Below are positions 62,868 through 64,000 of a stretch of DNA of 64,000 nt, piece by piece. How positions within the stretch are numbered: position 1 is the stretch's first letter; each line of letters starts with the position of its first letter. Source of the DNA: Candidatus Hydrogenedentota bacterium. GTDB taxonomy: Bacteria; Hydrogenedentota; Hydrogenedentia; Hydrogenedentales; SLHB01. The DNA is taken from contig CAVUWV010000024.1 of the NCBI GenBank assembly GCA_963745075.1, positions 96,001-160,000 on the forward strand, given 5' to 3'. The translations under genes and the position numbers were made by a program. The notes below the pieces were generated by a model, which saw only the letters and a list, made by a program, of their open reading frames with translations, was not told the DNA's origin and searched no databases.

Positions 62868-64000
62868 ATGAATATTACGTCATACGGCGCCGCCGAGACC
62901 GTCACCGGTAGCAAACACGTCGCGGAGATCAACGGCAAGCGGATTCTGTTCGACTGTGGGATGTTCCAGGGGTCCCGTAAAGAGGCCGAGACCCGGAACC
63001 GCGAACTGCCCTTCGACGCGGCGTCGATCGATGCCGTCGTCCTCAGTCACGCGCACATCGATCACAGCGGCATCCTGCCCATGCTCGTCAAACACGGCTA
63101 CGAAGGCCCCATCTACGCCACGCCCGCGACGCGCGATCTGTGCAGCGTCATGCTCCTCGATAGCGCGCACATCCAGGCGCGCGACGCCGAATGGCTGTCC
63201 AAGAAGAATCGCTCCTTTGTCGCGCCCCTCTACGACGATGACGATGTAACCGAGACCATGCGGCGCTTCGTGAGCGTCCCGTACAATCTCCCCATCGACG
63301 TTGCATCCGTCGCAAAAGTCACCTTCCGCGATGCCGGGCATGTCCTGGGTTCGGCCATGGCCTTTACCGAGTTCCGGGAAAATGGTTCGACCAAGCGCTT
63401 CCTGTATGGCGGCGACTTGGGGCGCAAGAATATGCCGATTCTGGAGGATCCCTGGGCCCCTGACGATGCCGACCTCGTAGTGATGGAGAGCACCTACGGA
63501 AATCGCGAGCATGAGCCCATCCAGGAGATGGACCAGAAACTGGCCCATATCGTTCGCGAAACGTACAACCGCAAGGGAAAGATCATTATCCCCAGTTTTG
63601 CGCTGGAACGCGCGCAGGAAATCGTCTACGCCTTGAAGCGATTGGAAGCGAACGATCATCTCCCCAATCTCCCCGTCTACGTGGACAGTCCCATGACCGT
63701 CAACATTACGGAAGTGTTCCGCCTGCATACAGACAGTTTCGACGACGAGATGCGCAAATTCATGACCACCGAAGGGGATCCCTTCCAGCTCGACAACATC
63801 CACTACATCCGGCGGGTCGAAGACTCCATGAAACTCAACTCCCTCGAGGAACCGGCCATCATTATCTCCGCGTCGGGTATGTGCGAGCAGGGTCGTATTC
63901 TTCACCACTTGCGTAATCATTGCAGCGACGAACGCAACACCATTCTCATCGTCGGATTCCAGGCGAAAAACACCTTGGGCCGCCGGATCGTCGAGCACGA
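62868..64000 (+). CDS. MBL-fold beta-CASP ribonuclease (truncated by window edge; not in the ORF track)
   Basis: MNITSYGAAETVTGS, DCGMFQG, SHAHIDHSG, AGHVLGS, GDLGR, MESTYG, PSFALERAQE, ASGMCE.GRI.HHL, VGFQA. Confidence 0.92.
   Translation, partial: MNITSYGAAETVTGSKHVAEINGKRILFDCGMFQGSRKEAETRNRELPFDAASIDAVVLSHAHIDHSGILPMLVKHGYEGPIYATPATRDLCSVMLLDSAHIQARDAEWLSKKNRSFVAPLYDDDDVTETMRRFVSVPYNLPIDVASVAKVTFRDAGHVLGSAMAFTEFRENGSTKRFLYGGDLGRKNMPILEDPWAPDDADLVVMESTYGNREHEPIQEMDQKLAHIVRETYNRKGKIIIPSFALERAQEIVYALKRLEANDHLPNLPVYVDSPMTVNITEVFRLHTDSFDDEMRKFMTTEGDPFQLDNIHYIRRVEDSMKLNSLEEPAIIISASGMCEQGRILHHLRNHCSDERNTILIVGFQAKNTLGRRIVEH

Noticed and set aside
62880..63998. Long minus-strand ORF (and similar ones such as 6805-8172, 23877-25256, 37191-38513, 49254-50561)
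   Set aside because: Antisense or alternate-frame shadows of well-supported genes in high-GC DNA, with no motifs

Overview
High-GC bacterial chromosomal window, probably a long-read assembly, since many genes are broken by single-base indels, mostly at short homopolymers. The many Tat-exported Gfo/Idh/MocA, ThuA, HEAT-repeat and DUF1570 proteins suggest a PVC-like or Hydrogenedentota-like organism (inference only). The left 29 kb holds periplasmic oxidoreductase/hydrolase genes plus serC, tspO, prpD and an orphan amino-methyltransferase. The right 13 kb is mostly housekeeping: accA, a degenerate PNP, PIN-TRAM/ispD/ispF, tlyA, recN and a beta-CASP nuclease. The main feature is an ~18 kb hybrid PKS-NRPS (31521-49755). 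Its first protein has the cyanobacterial olefin-synthase/CurM architecture FAAL-ACP-KS-AT-KR-ACP-sulfotransferase but lacks the decarboxylating TE. It is instead docked (TubC_N-type domain, ATGA overlap) onto a three-module NRPS ending in a TE. The predicted product is a beta-O-sulfated (or sulfate-eliminated) acyl-tripeptide ending in Leu. The cluster is flanked by a GT-C-like membrane protein, an alpha/beta hydrolase and an unannotated 45-aa acidic zinc-finger microprotein with its own promoter and terminator. No rRNA, tRNA or CRISPR array was found.
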